Shown: piece by piece, positions 1-9,349 of the stretch
Layout: every line of letters begins with the position of its first letter
Position numbering within the stretch: the first letter of the stretch is position 1
DNA from: an uncultured Gammaproteobacteria bacterium
GTDB lineage: Bacteria; Patescibacteriota; Microgenomatia; Daviesbacterales; UBA10151
Direction of reading: 5' to 3'
Assembly (NCBI GenBank): GCA_964625535.1
Contig: CAZVEX010000001.1
Coordinates: 128,295 to 192,294 of the forward strand
Length of the DNA: 64,000 nucleotides
Notes under the pieces: model-generated
Told to the model about the DNA's origin: nothing
Seen by the model: only the letters and a program-made list of their open reading frames with translations
Database searches by the model: none
Program-made: the position numbers and the translations under genes

Positions 1-2
1 AT

Positions 3-1286
3 CCAACCTCTCCTCTTGCCCGATTAACTAGAACAAAAGCGCTGTTGGCGCAAAACGGTGAAGTTCCCAGCCTAAAAATAGCGGAGAAGATGATCGCTTC
101 AAGTGAAGCTTTAATTGAAATGGCAAATTTGAAGACCGATCAACTAGTCTCCAAATATAAGTCGCTGATAGAAGAGTTATTTAAAACGGATATCAAGAAC
201 TCAAGATTACTGCTTTATCTAGATAGACAAATAATTGCCAATCTTTTTAGCGAGCATTTGTATATTTTAGAACAACTCCAAAGTCCCTTATATCCCTTCC
301 TAAAGGAGAAATTGGTGGCCAATAATTTATCTCCGCAATTTGCAACAGATTCTAGACCAGGCCTAAGTTATTTGAGGCAAGTTTTTAGATTTGATGTTCC
401 CCAAAAGGGGAACTATGAAGTTTTAATGACCGATGCCGGGGTCTCAAAATTTTATTCCAATCATCTTGGGAAGGTGCAATTGCAAATTGATGAAAAGGCG
501 ATGTTGCTGGATGGTAAGCAAAATGATGACTTTATTTCTTTTGGGAGTATTGCGCTGGAAAAAGGCCAGCATGAAGTAAGTTATTTTTCCCCGCAAGCCT
601 TAAATCTGGCTCCGGCGGGAGAAAGCAAAGATCCGGTTAATATTGCGCTCGAAGCGGTGGGAAAAGATACTTTTAAGGTTAGTTTCCAGGCAAAAGTGAT
701 AGCCGGAAATGGTTTTTCCATTCAGCTTGAACAGGAGGGTGGGGGCGGGCCCAATGAGTTTGTTTCCCAAGCTATTCAAAATGATTGGGTAAGTTATGAG
801 TTTACAACTCTTCCTCTCATGACGACCACCAGATCGGCCGTTTTGAGAATTATTTTTGATACCGGCCAGGTTTTACTAAAAGACTTAAGAGTTGAACGGG
901 TATTAACAAGTCAGCTGATTCTTCGCGCCAGGCCCCTAGATGGGGAGGATTTAGATAGAGGAACGGTTGAAAATTTTGTGAGGAATAATCCTACCTCGTA
1001 TAAAGGGAGGATCAAAATTATCAAACCTGCCCTGTTAATCTTTAAAGAATCTTTTCATCCGAAATGGAAACTGACGCTTAAAAGCGAGAGCGCAGTTTAC
1101 ACCCCGGATGGACACTACATCAGTAATCTTTATGGCAATGCCTGGCTGGTGGAAAATACTGGTGAATACGACTTTGAGATAACTTTTGAGCCCCAGTCTT
1201 ATGTAAATTGGGGTCTGTTTTTAGGAGGAGCGACCTTTACTGTGCTTGTTTCAATGCTTTTGGTAAAAAAATTAAGGAGATTATAG
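3..1286 (+). CDS. 5'-partial large envelope protein with C-terminal TM anchor. Its C-terminal ~100 aa are paralogous to the C-terminus of the 878-aa protein at 3267..5903 (shared ...FEPQ... motif followed by a TM helix)
   Basis: Reading frame is open from window position 3 and the listed start at 45 is TTG, so the gene probably begins upstream of the window. The C-terminal hydrophobic helix and the alignment with the C-terminus of ORF 3267..5903 were read by eye. Confidence 0.45.
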   Translation, partial: PTSPLARLTRTKALLAQNGEVPSLKIAEKMIASSEALIEMANLKTDQLVSKYKSLIEELFKTDIKNSRLLLYLDRQIIANLFSEHLYILEQLQSPLYPFLKEKLVANNLSPQFATDSRPGLSYLRQVFRFDVPQKGNYEVLMTDAGVSKFYSNHLGKVQLQIDEKAMLLDGKQNDDFISFGSIALEKGQHEVSYFSPQALNLAPAGESKDPVNIALEAVGKDTFKVSFQAKVIAGNGFSIQLEQEGGGGPNEFVSQAIQNDWVSYEFTTLPLMTTTRSAVLRIIFDTGQVLLKDLRVERVLTSQLILRARPLDGEDLDRGTVENFVRNNPTSYKGRIKIIKPALLIFKESFHPKWKLTLKSESAVYTPDGHYISNLYGNAWLVENTGEYDFEITFEPQSYVNWGLFLGGATFTVLVSMLLVKKLRRL

Positions 1287-1289
1287 AAT

Positions 1290-1628
1290 ATGATGAAAAA
1301 TAAACGATTCCTTTGGGGAGTGTTAGTATTTATTATTTCTTTGCCGATTTTTATTTTTTTGGATAATGGTTTCTCTTATCCAGATAAAAGCAGGTTCACT
1401 CAAGAGCTTGTTTTTTCCCTTGCTCTTTCTTTAACCTTCAGTGGGATTTTTCGAAAATATATCTTAATTTTAAGCGTAATCTGTTTTATGATCATGATCT
1501 TTTTTGTCATTTTTTTGAAATTTAATATCGCCAATTGGTTTGGCAGTTTGGGATTTGGTGTTTTGTTAATTTATTTTATTGGATTACTATCCCAACTTAT
1601 TAAAAGGGGTTATACAGGAGAGTCATAG
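1290..1628 (+). CDS. small 4-TM membrane protein (possible GtrA-like flippase component; speculative)
   Basis: 112 aa with four hydrophobic segments. Sits between two large GT-C/YfhO-like genes, with a weak C-terminal N-x-x-W-F motif. Confidence 0.35.
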   Translation: MMKNKRFLWGVLVFIISLPIFIFLDNGFSYPDKSRFTQELVFSLALSLTFSGIFRKYILILSVICFMIMIFFVIFLKFNIANWFGSLGFGVLLIYFIGLLSQLIKRGYTGES

Positions 1629-3071
1629 TATTTTTGCCATCAACTGATATACTCTTTCTTTGGGAAAATTTTTTGGCACACCCCCGAAATCTTCATAAAA
1701 AACTTGCAAAGTAGGGTCTTTGTACAAAAGTTGCAGAGCGTCTGCGCCGTTTAGAACAAAACTGGCCTGTTTGGAAGTCCCTCCCCACTCTTTTGTTAAA
1801 TATGGGTAAGCAGGATCATTGGTAAAATAGATTGCCGATCCTTTTGGAAGAGAGGGATACTTGGATTTCAACTCCTGAACCAATTTTTGGGCAGTTTTAC
1901 CTCTGGTTGAGGCCCAGTGGGTTTTTTCTCCCAGCTTGATTGACGCCCCGTTCAATAAAAGAAGACTGGCAATAAATAGAAAGACTAAAAATTTAGATAA
2001 AGCAGATTGAGTTATTACAAAAAATATTAGTGCCCAAAATGGTGCCAACACAAATATTAAATAATGAGATGATTTATGAGAGGGTAAAAAAATTACCGGC
2101 AGTAAACCTGTTAAAAGCCAGAACAAAAAAAATAAAAATCTTTTATCCATAAATAGAGATCTTCTTTTTAACACAGTGGAGATAATGAAAAATATCAAAA
2201 TAAAGCAAGATACAAAAAATGCGGGGAAAATAACTTTATAAAAATCTCCCCAGTATCTCAAGAGATTTGGATTTAGCTTAAAACCCGGTAAAACAAAATC
2301 TATTAACATCTCCGGCATTCCGTAGCCCCAAGACATATACCAGCTAAAAGACTGGATAATAGTTTTGGGATTAAAGATAAATTTATACTGCTGCTCCCCG
2401 GGAGAAAAACCTATTTTGACCAAATCTATATAAAGCAAAATGATTAAGCTTAAGAAAAATGGCCATAGTTTTAAAATACGCGACCGAAGAGCTAGTAGGA
2501 TTAAAGGGGTGGCCAGAATGATTTCATGGGAAGCAAGAGCCAACAGAAATGACACAAAAGATAAAAGATAAAATTTAAATCTGTGTACTGCCAGATATTT
2601 TTTGTAAGAAATAATTGTTAAAAGAGCAAACGTCACTGCTCCGGAGCTTTCGATCCCGCCGGGAATGTAATAAAGAGTTGCCACATTGGCCGCCGATATT
2701 CCAAAAAATAATGCCGTTAAAAAAGACAGCAATCTTTTTTTAAAAATGTTTTGTATTAAAAAATATACAAGAGAAATGTTAATGAAATGAATTCCCAGAA
2801 GTAGTACCCTAAAAGGGAGGTGGTTTAGACCGAAGATGCTAAAATAAATATTGTGTAGGGCTTCCCTAAATATAGGCCGGTAAAAAGCAATTCCTCTTTC
2901 CTCAAAAGGATATATTCCAAAGAGTCTGACAAAATCTGTAAAAGTCCCGTCCGTTAGACTAACTTTGAACATAAAAAAATCATCTTGAGAGAAATAAACA
3001 TTAAATGTCGGGAAGTAAAGCAGCAAGACAGCTGCAAAGATAACTAATATCGGAGCGAATTTTCTCATCAA
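1623..3071 (-). CDS. polytopic GT-C family membrane glycosyltransferase (TMTC/DUF1736/PMT_2-like)
   Basis: 482 aa with about 12 predicted TM helices. An N-terminal FSQDDF motif in the first loop resembles the DD/DE motif of GT-C enzymes, and a soluble C-terminal domain follows. Confidence 0.5.
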   Translation of the reverse strand: MMRKFAPILVIFAAVLLLYFPTFNVYFSQDDFFMFKVSLTDGTFTDFVRLFGIYPFEERGIAFYRPIFREALHNIYFSIFGLNHLPFRVLLLGIHFINISLVYFLIQNIFKKRLLSFLTALFFGISAANVATLYYIPGGIESSGAVTFALLTIISYKKYLAVHRFKFYLLSFVSFLLALASHEIILATPLILLALRSRILKLWPFFLSLIILLYIDLVKIGFSPGEQQYKFIFNPKTIIQSFSWYMSWGYGMPEMLIDFVLPGFKLNPNLLRYWGDFYKVIFPAFFVSCFILIFFIISTVLKRRSLFMDKRFLFFLFWLLTGLLPVIFLPSHKSSHYLIFVLAPFWALIFFVITQSALSKFLVFLFIASLLLLNGASIKLGEKTHWASTRGKTAQKLVQELKSKYPSLPKGSAIYFTNDPAYPYLTKEWGGTSKQASFVLNGADALQLLYKDPTLQVFYEDFGGVPKNFPKERVYQLMAKIL

Positions 3072-3072
3072 G

Positions 3073-3270
3073 ATGAATTATAATAGGTATATGACTAAGT
3101 TTAAATTGTCATCTGTGATTTTTGTTTTGGGGGCTACACTTGCAGGAGCGGCCGGGATTGCTATTTTATCTTCACATCAGGGATTTGCCCAGAAGATGCT
3201 GACTGTTTTTTTCTGGATAATAGTTTTAGGAACGGCAGTTTATTCATGGGAGATAAGGCAAAATAAGTGA
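3073..3270 (+). CDS. small 2-TM membrane protein
   Basis: 65 aa with two hydrophobic helices, translationally coupled (4-nt overlap) to the following large gene. Confidence 0.3.
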   Translation: MNYNRYMTKFKLSSVIFVLGATLAGAAGIAILSSHQGFAQKMLTVFFWIIVLGTAVYSWEIRQNK

Positions 3271-5903
3271 GCCATAAAATCTATATCATCATTTTAGCCT
3301 TAATTTTGATTGGAGTGTACTGGTACTGGTGGCTGCCGGGAGTAAGAGTAGCCAGTGACTTTCCTGTTGTATCGGAAGAGGTTTTAAAAAGTTTGTTGGA
3401 TTTTCCCAGAACCTGGTCCGATAGGGGATCGGAGGGGCTGGGTGAGGTAAGCGACTTTTTTTTATGGTCTTATCCCTTAACATTTGTTTCTTCTCTACTG
3501 GCAAATCTGGGGTTTAATTTTCAACAGATTATTAGGATAGTAATTATGATCCCTTTTTTGCTAATAGGCTCTGTGTCTATTTGGAAGTTCGGCGAAAGTT
3601 TAAAATTATCAAATCCGGCTAAGCTCATTTCTGCAATTTTTTATTTGACTAACACCTATGTTTTATTACTGGTGGATGGGGGACAACTCTCAATTGCCCT
3701 AGCTTTTGCCTTTTTCCCTGCGAGTTTTCTTGCTTTGGAAAAAGCCAGAGTTGGGGGATTGAAAGAAAAACTTTGGGCCGGGCTGGCTGCATCAGCCTTG
3801 GGATTTTTTGATTTTCGCTTTATCTATCTTTTGGCAGTAATTTCCCTTGTCAGATTTTTTTACGAACTCTTCTTCATCAAATTTAAGGATTTTAGGAAAT
3901 GGACATTAGATTGGGTGAAAACAGCAGTAGCCGTAGCAGTGATAATTTTTGGCTTACATGCTTATTGGTTAATACCTTTTCTGGCGTTTCCTATCTCATC
4001 TGAAACCTATCGTTTTTTTACTCAAACTTCATTTGCAGGTTTAGGCAACTTAGCTCATTCCATGCTTTTACTTTCGCCGCATTGGCCGGAAAATATTTTT
4101 GGAAAAATTACTCCTTTGAGGTGGGAATTTATTGTCATTCCGATATTTGCTTTGCTGGCTCCAATTTTAAAACCAAAAAACAAAACAGTACTATTTTGGT
4201 TGTTCGCCCTAGTTTTGTCCATATTTCTTTCCAAAGGGGCAGCGGAGCCTTTGGTAGCAATTTATCCTTGGCTTTATAATCATCTTCCCGGATTTTCGCT
4301 GTTTCGCGATTCCTCGAAATTTTTTACTTTGGAGGCTTTATCTTATGCGTTGCTGTGGGGGATCACGGTGGATACGCTTTTGGGCAAATTTAAAAAAGCC
4401 AAATTAAGTATCTTATTTTTATGCGCATTAGTTTTTTATTTATTGTTTTTGATTCGTCCTATTTGGAGTGATCAAATGACTGGCACTTTTTCTCCTCCAA
4501 GATTTCAGGTAGAATTTGCCCAGCTTAAAAATTTTTTAACTAACGATAAACAGACCTCCAGAGTATTTTGGATTCCTTCGTTTCCACCCTTGGGTCATGT
4601 TGACAGCGAACACCCGGCAGTTGAGGCATCGCGTTTGGTGCAAAAAAGGCCTTTCGCAGCAGGCACCCTTGGAACATATGAAATTTTTAATTTTCTCCGG
4701 GAAGCTCCTTACATGGGTGAGATATTTGATGTGGCAGGAATAGGTTACATAGCTTATCCCCCGCTTGATCCCAAAAAAGACAATCTGCATCCAGATAATG
4801 TTCGCTATTACGATACATTTCAAAGTCAACTCTCTAATTTACCATGGTTGTCTAAATTAGAAAGCTCCACAGTCCCTCTTTGGAAAACTAAACAGCGTCA
4901 AGGAATCTTTTTTGCAACACCTGATGTCTGGTGGGTAGTGGGGTCGGATAATATTTATAATGAAGCCACCAAAAGCGCGAAGCTTAGCTTATCCCGAAAT
5001 GCCCTGATTTTTGCAGAGGAAAAAGCGGGTTTAGGTAAGAATTTAGACCGGATGCCGGAAGCAAAAATAGTTTTGCATAATAAGACTATAGTGGATCTGG
5101 CGGCAAGCTTTATAGATCCTCGGGATCTGATCTTTCCGGCCCAACAGCTTCAAGATGATCCTGATTCCTCGGGTTGGTGGAAAAGGCAAACAAAGGATTT
5201 AATTGCCTGGAGATATTTTTTAAGGGATAAATACCAAATTGATAATTTGGATTTTGATTTGGGAGGAGGATGGATGGTAGGGGAGGGAAATTTAAAGCTC
5301 AAAGCTCAAAGTTCAAAGTTCAAAAAGGAGGATATTTTGCTGGCAAGAGTGATGGAAAGTTCAAGAAGCGGACAACTAAAGTTTTATCAAAATAATGATT
5401 TGGTTGGTGAAATAAAGACTAAGACAAATGATAATAATGTGAGATGGCATGAAGTTGGTCGGTTAATTAATGGAAAAGAATTAACGATAGAATCGGAAGG
5501 TGATATTAATGTAGTAAATGGGCTGGCTGTTTTGGAAAGGGATAAATGGGAAAGTTATAAAAATAAAGCAAATGAGATGCGCCGTAGAATAGTGGAATTT
5601 AGTCAAGAAAATACCTCTACGAGTGCTGCATTAGTTTCCTATGAAAGAGTTAACCCCACAAAATATCTGGTTAATGTATCGAACATTCAAGAACCCGCTT
5701 TTTTGGTTTTTTCGGAGAGTTTTGATAAGCTTTGGAAGATCAATGGTCAAGATCCCTTGCCTGTGTATAGTTTATTAAACGGTTTTAGGATAGAAAAAGC
5801 CGGGGATTATGTGGTGGAATTTGAACCGCAAAAATTTATTTTTCCGGGACTCGTAATTTCCGGATTAAGTTTAGCGATTATTATTCTTATTCTGCTGATA
5901 TAA
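3267..5903 (+). CDS. large polytopic membrane protein, YfhO-like GT-C glycosyltransferase candidate
   Basis: 878 aa with a GTG start. It has about 400 aa of N-terminal multi-TM region, a large extracytoplasmic domain and a C-terminal TM anchor. It is paralogous to the partial ORF at 3..1286. Confidence 0.5.
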   Translation: MSHKIYIIILALILIGVYWYWWLPGVRVASDFPVVSEEVLKSLLDFPRTWSDRGSEGLGEVSDFFLWSYPLTFVSSLLANLGFNFQQIIRIVIMIPFLLIGSVSIWKFGESLKLSNPAKLISAIFYLTNTYVLLLVDGGQLSIALAFAFFPASFLALEKARVGGLKEKLWAGLAASALGFFDFRFIYLLAVISLVRFFYELFFIKFKDFRKWTLDWVKTAVAVAVIIFGLHAYWLIPFLAFPISSETYRFFTQTSFAGLGNLAHSMLLLSPHWPENIFGKITPLRWEFIVIPIFALLAPILKPKNKTVLFWLFALVLSIFLSKGAAEPLVAIYPWLYNHLPGFSLFRDSSKFFTLEALSYALLWGITVDTLLGKFKKAKLSILFLCALVFYLLFLIRPIWSDQMTGTFSPPRFQVEFAQLKNFLTNDKQTSRVFWIPSFPPLGHVDSEHPAVEASRLVQKRPFAAGTLGTYEIFNFLREAPYMGEIFDVAGIGYIAYPPLDPKKDNLHPDNVRYYDTFQSQLSNLPWLSKLESSTVPLWKTKQRQGIFFATPDVWWVVGSDNIYNEATKSAKLSLSRNALIFAEEKAGLGKNLDRMPEAKIVLHNKTIVDLAASFIDPRDLIFPAQQLQDDPDSSGWWKRQTKDLIAWRYFLRDKYQIDNLDFDLGGGWMVGEGNLKLKAQSSKFKKEDILLARVMESSRSGQLKFYQNNDLVGEIKTKTNDNNVRWHEVGRLINGKELTIESEGDINVVNGLAVLERDKWESYKNKANEMRRRIVEFSQENTSTSAALVSYERVNPTKYLVNVSNIQEPAFLVFSESFDKLWKINGQDPLPVYSLLNGFRIEKAGDYVVEFEPQKFIFPGLVISGLSLAIIILILLI
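5294..5328 (+). repeat. degenerate tandem heptanucleotide array (AAAGCTC x2, AAAGTTC x2, plus a degenerate fifth unit) in-frame inside CDS 3267..5903
   Basis: Direct reading: aaagctc aaagctc aaagttc aaagttc aaaaagg, encoding LKLKAQSSKFKK. Confidence 0.6.
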
Positions 5904-5910
5904 TGGCTAT

Positions 5911-7170
5911 ATGCTAAAATCTATTCTATCAACCGCTACTTTCAGAGAGTCTCAAATTACCATTGCAGGCACTCTGATAAATGGCGTTTTGGGAGCGCTG
6001 TTTTATATTGCCTTGGCAAGATTTTTGGGACCGGCGGATTTTGGATTGTTAACTATCACGTTGACTACTTTAGTTTTAATTGCGGATATGGCGGATATTG
6101 GCACTAATACCGGTTTGATCCGTTTTGTCTCTGCAAATTTGGCCCAAGGCAGAGACAAAGCCTACAGGTTTCTAAAATTAAGTCTGGAGATAAAACTTAT
6201 TACCTGGGCAATATCTTGTTTAATCATTTTCCTGCTTGCGCCATTTTTAGCAACAGAAGTTTTTCGCAAAGAGGAGCTAATTTTACCTTTAAAACTGGCT
6301 GCTTTTGGAGTAGGAGGAGCTTTGCTTTTTACCTTTGCCACATCTGCGCTGCAAGCTTATCAGAAATATTTTCTTTGGAGTGTAATCAATATATTAACCA
6401 ATTCTTTAAGACTGGTATTAATTTTAATTTTAGGTTATTACCTTGTTCTTAACGTGGAAAACAGTTTATTGGTTTATATATTTGTACCCTTTTTTGGTTT
6501 TTTTGTGACGCTTTTTATTCTTCCTGCAAGAAAAATACTTGCCAGTAAAAATGAATTTAGTTTATCCAAAGAGCTTTTCAAATACAACATTCCGGTAGCC
6601 ATCTTTACCCTGGTTGCCGCTTTTTCCGCCAGGCTGGATACATACTTGAATGCCGTGTTGCTTTCTGCCAGAGAGGTGGGAATATATGGAGCTGCCAATC
6701 AGATGGTGGCAGTGATGCCGCAGCTGGTTGCGGCTCTGGGATTGGTGGCCGCGCCGAAATTTTCCTCATTTCAAAACAACAAGCAGATGCTTACTTATTT
6801 TAAAAAATTTCAGTTTTTTGTTTCTGGGCTTTGCCTTTTGGGAATTTTAACTATTCCTGTTTCAGTATTTCTCATTCCAGCGCTCTTTGGGCCGCAGTAT
6901 AACGGCGCGGTTTTGCCATTTATTTTTTTATTTTTGGCAATGATCGTCTTTCTTTTCTCAATTCCGGTTCATCATAGCGTTATTTTTTACTTTGGCAGAC
7001 CGGATGTTTTTATCTGGGTTTCGATTGGTCATCTTTTAATAATCGGTGGTTTAGGATATCTTTTAATATCAAACTTTGGAATTTCAGGTGCAGCAATTAC
7101 AGTGCTAATTGGTACAACTTTTAACTTTTTATATCCATTGATGTGGCTGCTCGCTAAATTAAAGAAATGA
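5911..7170 (+). CDS. Wzx/MOP-superfamily polysaccharide flippase-like membrane protein
   Basis: 419 aa with about 12-14 TM helices. The N-terminus is typical of polysaccharide biosynthesis (PST) family proteins. Confidence 0.6.
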   Translation: MLKSILSTATFRESQITIAGTLINGVLGALFYIALARFLGPADFGLLTITLTTLVLIADMADIGTNTGLIRFVSANLAQGRDKAYRFLKLSLEIKLITWAISCLIIFLLAPFLATEVFRKEELILPLKLAAFGVGGALLFTFATSALQAYQKYFLWSVINILTNSLRLVLILILGYYLVLNVENSLLVYIFVPFFGFFVTLFILPARKILASKNEFSLSKELFKYNIPVAIFTLVAAFSARLDTYLNAVLLSAREVGIYGAANQMVAVMPQLVAALGLVAAPKFSSFQNNKQMLTYFKKFQFFVSGLCLLGILTIPVSVFLIPALFGPQYNGAVLPFIFLFLAMIVFLFSIPVHHSVIFYFGRPDVFIWVSIGHLLIIGGLGYLLISNFGISGAAITVLIGTTFNFLYPLMWLLAKLKK

Positions 7171-7949
7171 AAATTTGGGCCAACACCATTGTTAATAACG
7201 AGGAGAATTTTATTTGGTTTGCCATGAAGTCTATCTTGGATTATGTAGATAAGATTTTGATTTGGGATAGCGGTTCGACTGACAAAACGGCAGACATAAT
7301 CAGGGAAATTAAGGAAGATAAAATTGTTTTCAAAAAAGTGGGACAGGTTGACAAACATGGATTTACAAAAATGCGCCAGAGGATGCTGGAAGAATCCGAT
7401 TGCGACTGGGTATTAATCTTGGATGGTGATGAGATCTGGTGGGAAGATTCGATCAGGAAAGTAGTGGATGTTATAAGCAGCAAGGGTAAACAGATTGAGG
7501 GTATAGTTGTACCAATGGTAGTGCCGGTGGGAGATATTTTTCATTTCCAGGAAGCTAGTGCCGGCAGATACAAAATATTGGGTAGAGAGGGACATTTGAG
7601 TTTAAAAGCATTCAGCAAAAAAATTCCCGGACTTCATGTGGAAAATCCTTACGGTAGCGAGGGATTTTTTGATGGGCAGGGAAAGGCAGTCCAAGAGAGA
7701 GAAAAAATAATCTTTCTGGATGCGCCAATTTTACATGTGACTCACCTTAAAAGATCTTCACGCAAAAGAACTTCGGATAAGTATAAATATGAATTGGGGA
7801 AAAAAGCTTCTCCAGACTATAAATATCCGGAAGTCTTATATCTTCCTTATCCTTCCTTTATTCCCTCCCCTTGGGTTAAAATTCAAGGCATCCCCCAAAT
7901 GATTAGTCAGATTCTTACTCCCTTGCGGAAAATCAAAAGGAGATTATGA
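7167..7949 (+). CDS. family 2 glycosyltransferase (GT-A fold)
   Basis: Shows WDSGSTDKT and a DxD-like LILDGDE motif. Confidence 0.6.
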   Translation: MKIWANTIVNNEENFIWFAMKSILDYVDKILIWDSGSTDKTADIIREIKEDKIVFKKVGQVDKHGFTKMRQRMLEESDCDWVLILDGDEIWWEDSIRKVVDVISSKGKQIEGIVVPMVVPVGDIFHFQEASAGRYKILGREGHLSLKAFSKKIPGLHVENPYGSEGFFDGQGKAVQEREKIIFLDAPILHVTHLKRSSRKRTSDKYKYELGKKASPDYKYPEVLYLPYPSFIPSPWVKIQGIPQMISQILTPLRKIKRRL

Positions 7950-8635
7950 TGGGTTCAAACGGTACAAAAACCCTGGAATCAATGAGTCAGGCTGTCTGGT
8001 ATAACAAGTGGACAGTCAAAAAATTTGTCAGTTTTTTAAAAGGAGACATCTTGGAAGTTGGTTGCGGTATTGGAAATTTCACAACTACCTTGAAGGAATA
8101 TGGAAATGTTTGGGCAATAGATATTAATGAAAATTATGTCAAGCAGACAGCCCAAAGTGCAAATGATAACACTAATGTGGGTTTGGGAAACATTGAAAAA
8201 GGAAAATATTTTTTTAAAAACCAAAAATTTGATTGTATAGTTTGTCTTAATGTTTTAGAGCACATACGGGATGATAAAAGAGCCTTAAAAAATATGAGTG
8301 AACTTTTAAAGGCGGACGGATTTCTAATTTTGTTAGTGCCCGCATATGATTTTTTGTACGGAGAAATAGATAAATCTATTGGACATTTTAGAAGATATAA
8401 CAAGAACCAACTTAAAAGTATGTTAGAAGATATGGGATTTAAAATCATTAAAAGTCGAGTAATTAACTTTCTTGGAGGAATAGGCTGGTGGATTTCATCA
8501 AAATTATTTTCCGAAATCCGGGTTGATGAAAACAAAATTCAAGTTTTTAATTTTGTTGCGCCTATGGTATTACCGCTGGAAGATGTTATCGAACCTCCTT
8601 TCGGGACGTCAATTTTAATAATTGCCAAAAAATGA
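7946..8635 (+). CDS. class I SAM-dependent methyltransferase
   Basis: Motif I LEVGCGIGNFT, followed by an acidic residue after beta2 and a LNVLEH motif. Confidence 0.65.
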   Translation: MMGSNGTKTLESMSQAVWYNKWTVKKFVSFLKGDILEVGCGIGNFTTTLKEYGNVWAIDINENYVKQTAQSANDNTNVGLGNIEKGKYFFKNQKFDCIVCLNVLEHIRDDKRALKNMSELLKADGFLILLVPAYDFLYGEIDKSIGHFRRYNKNQLKSMLEDMGFKIIKSRVINFLGGIGWWISSKLFSEIRVDENKIQVFNFVAPMVLPLEDVIEPPFGTSILIIAKK

Positions 8636-9348
8636 CCAAAATAATTTCTATAATTGTCCCGGTTTTTAACGAAGAGAAGACAGTTAAGCAACTGCTCGAA
8701 AGAGTAAGCAAAGTAAAATTACCGTGGGGTATAGGTAAAGAAATAATAGTAGTAGATGATGGATCAGAAGATAATTCAAAATTCAAAATTCAAAATTCAA
8801 AATTGTATAAAACAATAAAATTTTTTTCTCATAAGCACAATTTGGGAAAAGGGGCGGCATTAAGGACAGGAATAAAAGCAGCAGGCGGAGACTACCTAAT
8901 AATTCAAGATGGCGATTTGGAATACAATCCAGATGACTATTCAAAGTTGTTGGAGCCAATATTGAAGAAAAAATCAAAGATAGTTTTTGGTACAAGACTT
9001 GTTAATTACCCTCTAAAACTTTGGGGTAAGAACAGAACGGTGTTACCCCTGCATCTAATAGCCAATAGATTTTTAACCTGGCTGGTAAATTTTTTATTTG
9101 GTTCAAAACTGACAGATATGGAAACATGCTATAAACTTTTTACCAGGGAAGTTATCGAAAACTTAAGATTACAATCAGATAGATTTGAGATTGAACCTGA
9201 GATAACTATCAAATCATTAAAATTGGGCTACAATATAGTGGAGGTGCCAATTAGGACCAAACCCCGTGGATATGACCAAGGTAAAAAAATTGGCTTTTGG
9301 GATGGTTTGAAAGCCGTTTGGACAATTTTAAAATACAGATTTTTTTAA
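8632..9348 (+). CDS. GT2 polyprenol-phosphate sugar synthase (Dpm1/GtrB/CsbB-like)
   Basis: ISIIVPVFNEE, VVDDGSEDNS and IIQDGDLEYNPDDY (DxD) motifs, with a C-terminal amphipathic tail. These are typical of dolichol/undecaprenol-phosphate glycosyltransferases. Confidence 0.7.
   Translation: MTKIISIIVPVFNEEKTVKQLLERVSKVKLPWGIGKEIIVVDDGSEDNSKFKIQNSKLYKTIKFFSHKHNLGKGAALRTGIKAAGGDYLIIQDGDLEYNPDDYSKLLEPILKKKSKIVFGTRLVNYPLKLWGKNRTVLPLHLIANRFLTWLVNFLFGSKLTDMETCYKLFTREVIENLRLQSDRFEIEPEITIKSLKLGYNIVEVPIRTKPRGYDQGKKIGFWDGLKAVWTILKYRFF
8774..8808 (+). repeat. tandem heptanucleotide array: AATTCAA x4 perfect plus a degenerate fifth unit, in-frame in the Dpm1-like GT2 gene
   Basis: Direct reading: aattcaa aattcaa aattcaa aattcaa aattgta, encoding SKFKIQNSKL. 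Confidence 0.7.
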
Positions 9349-9349
9349 A

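Noticed and set aside
3289-3504. Numerous 60-150 aa ORFs on the strand opposite to, or nested inside, long annotated genes. Examples: 3289..3504, 4536..4829, 6474..6698, 8134..8535, 21900..22184, 37213..37677, 46265..46525, 58187..58672.
   Set aside because: They lie entirely within better-supported long CDSs with recognisable domains and have low-complexity or odd composition, so they are typical shadow ORFs of an AT-rich genome.
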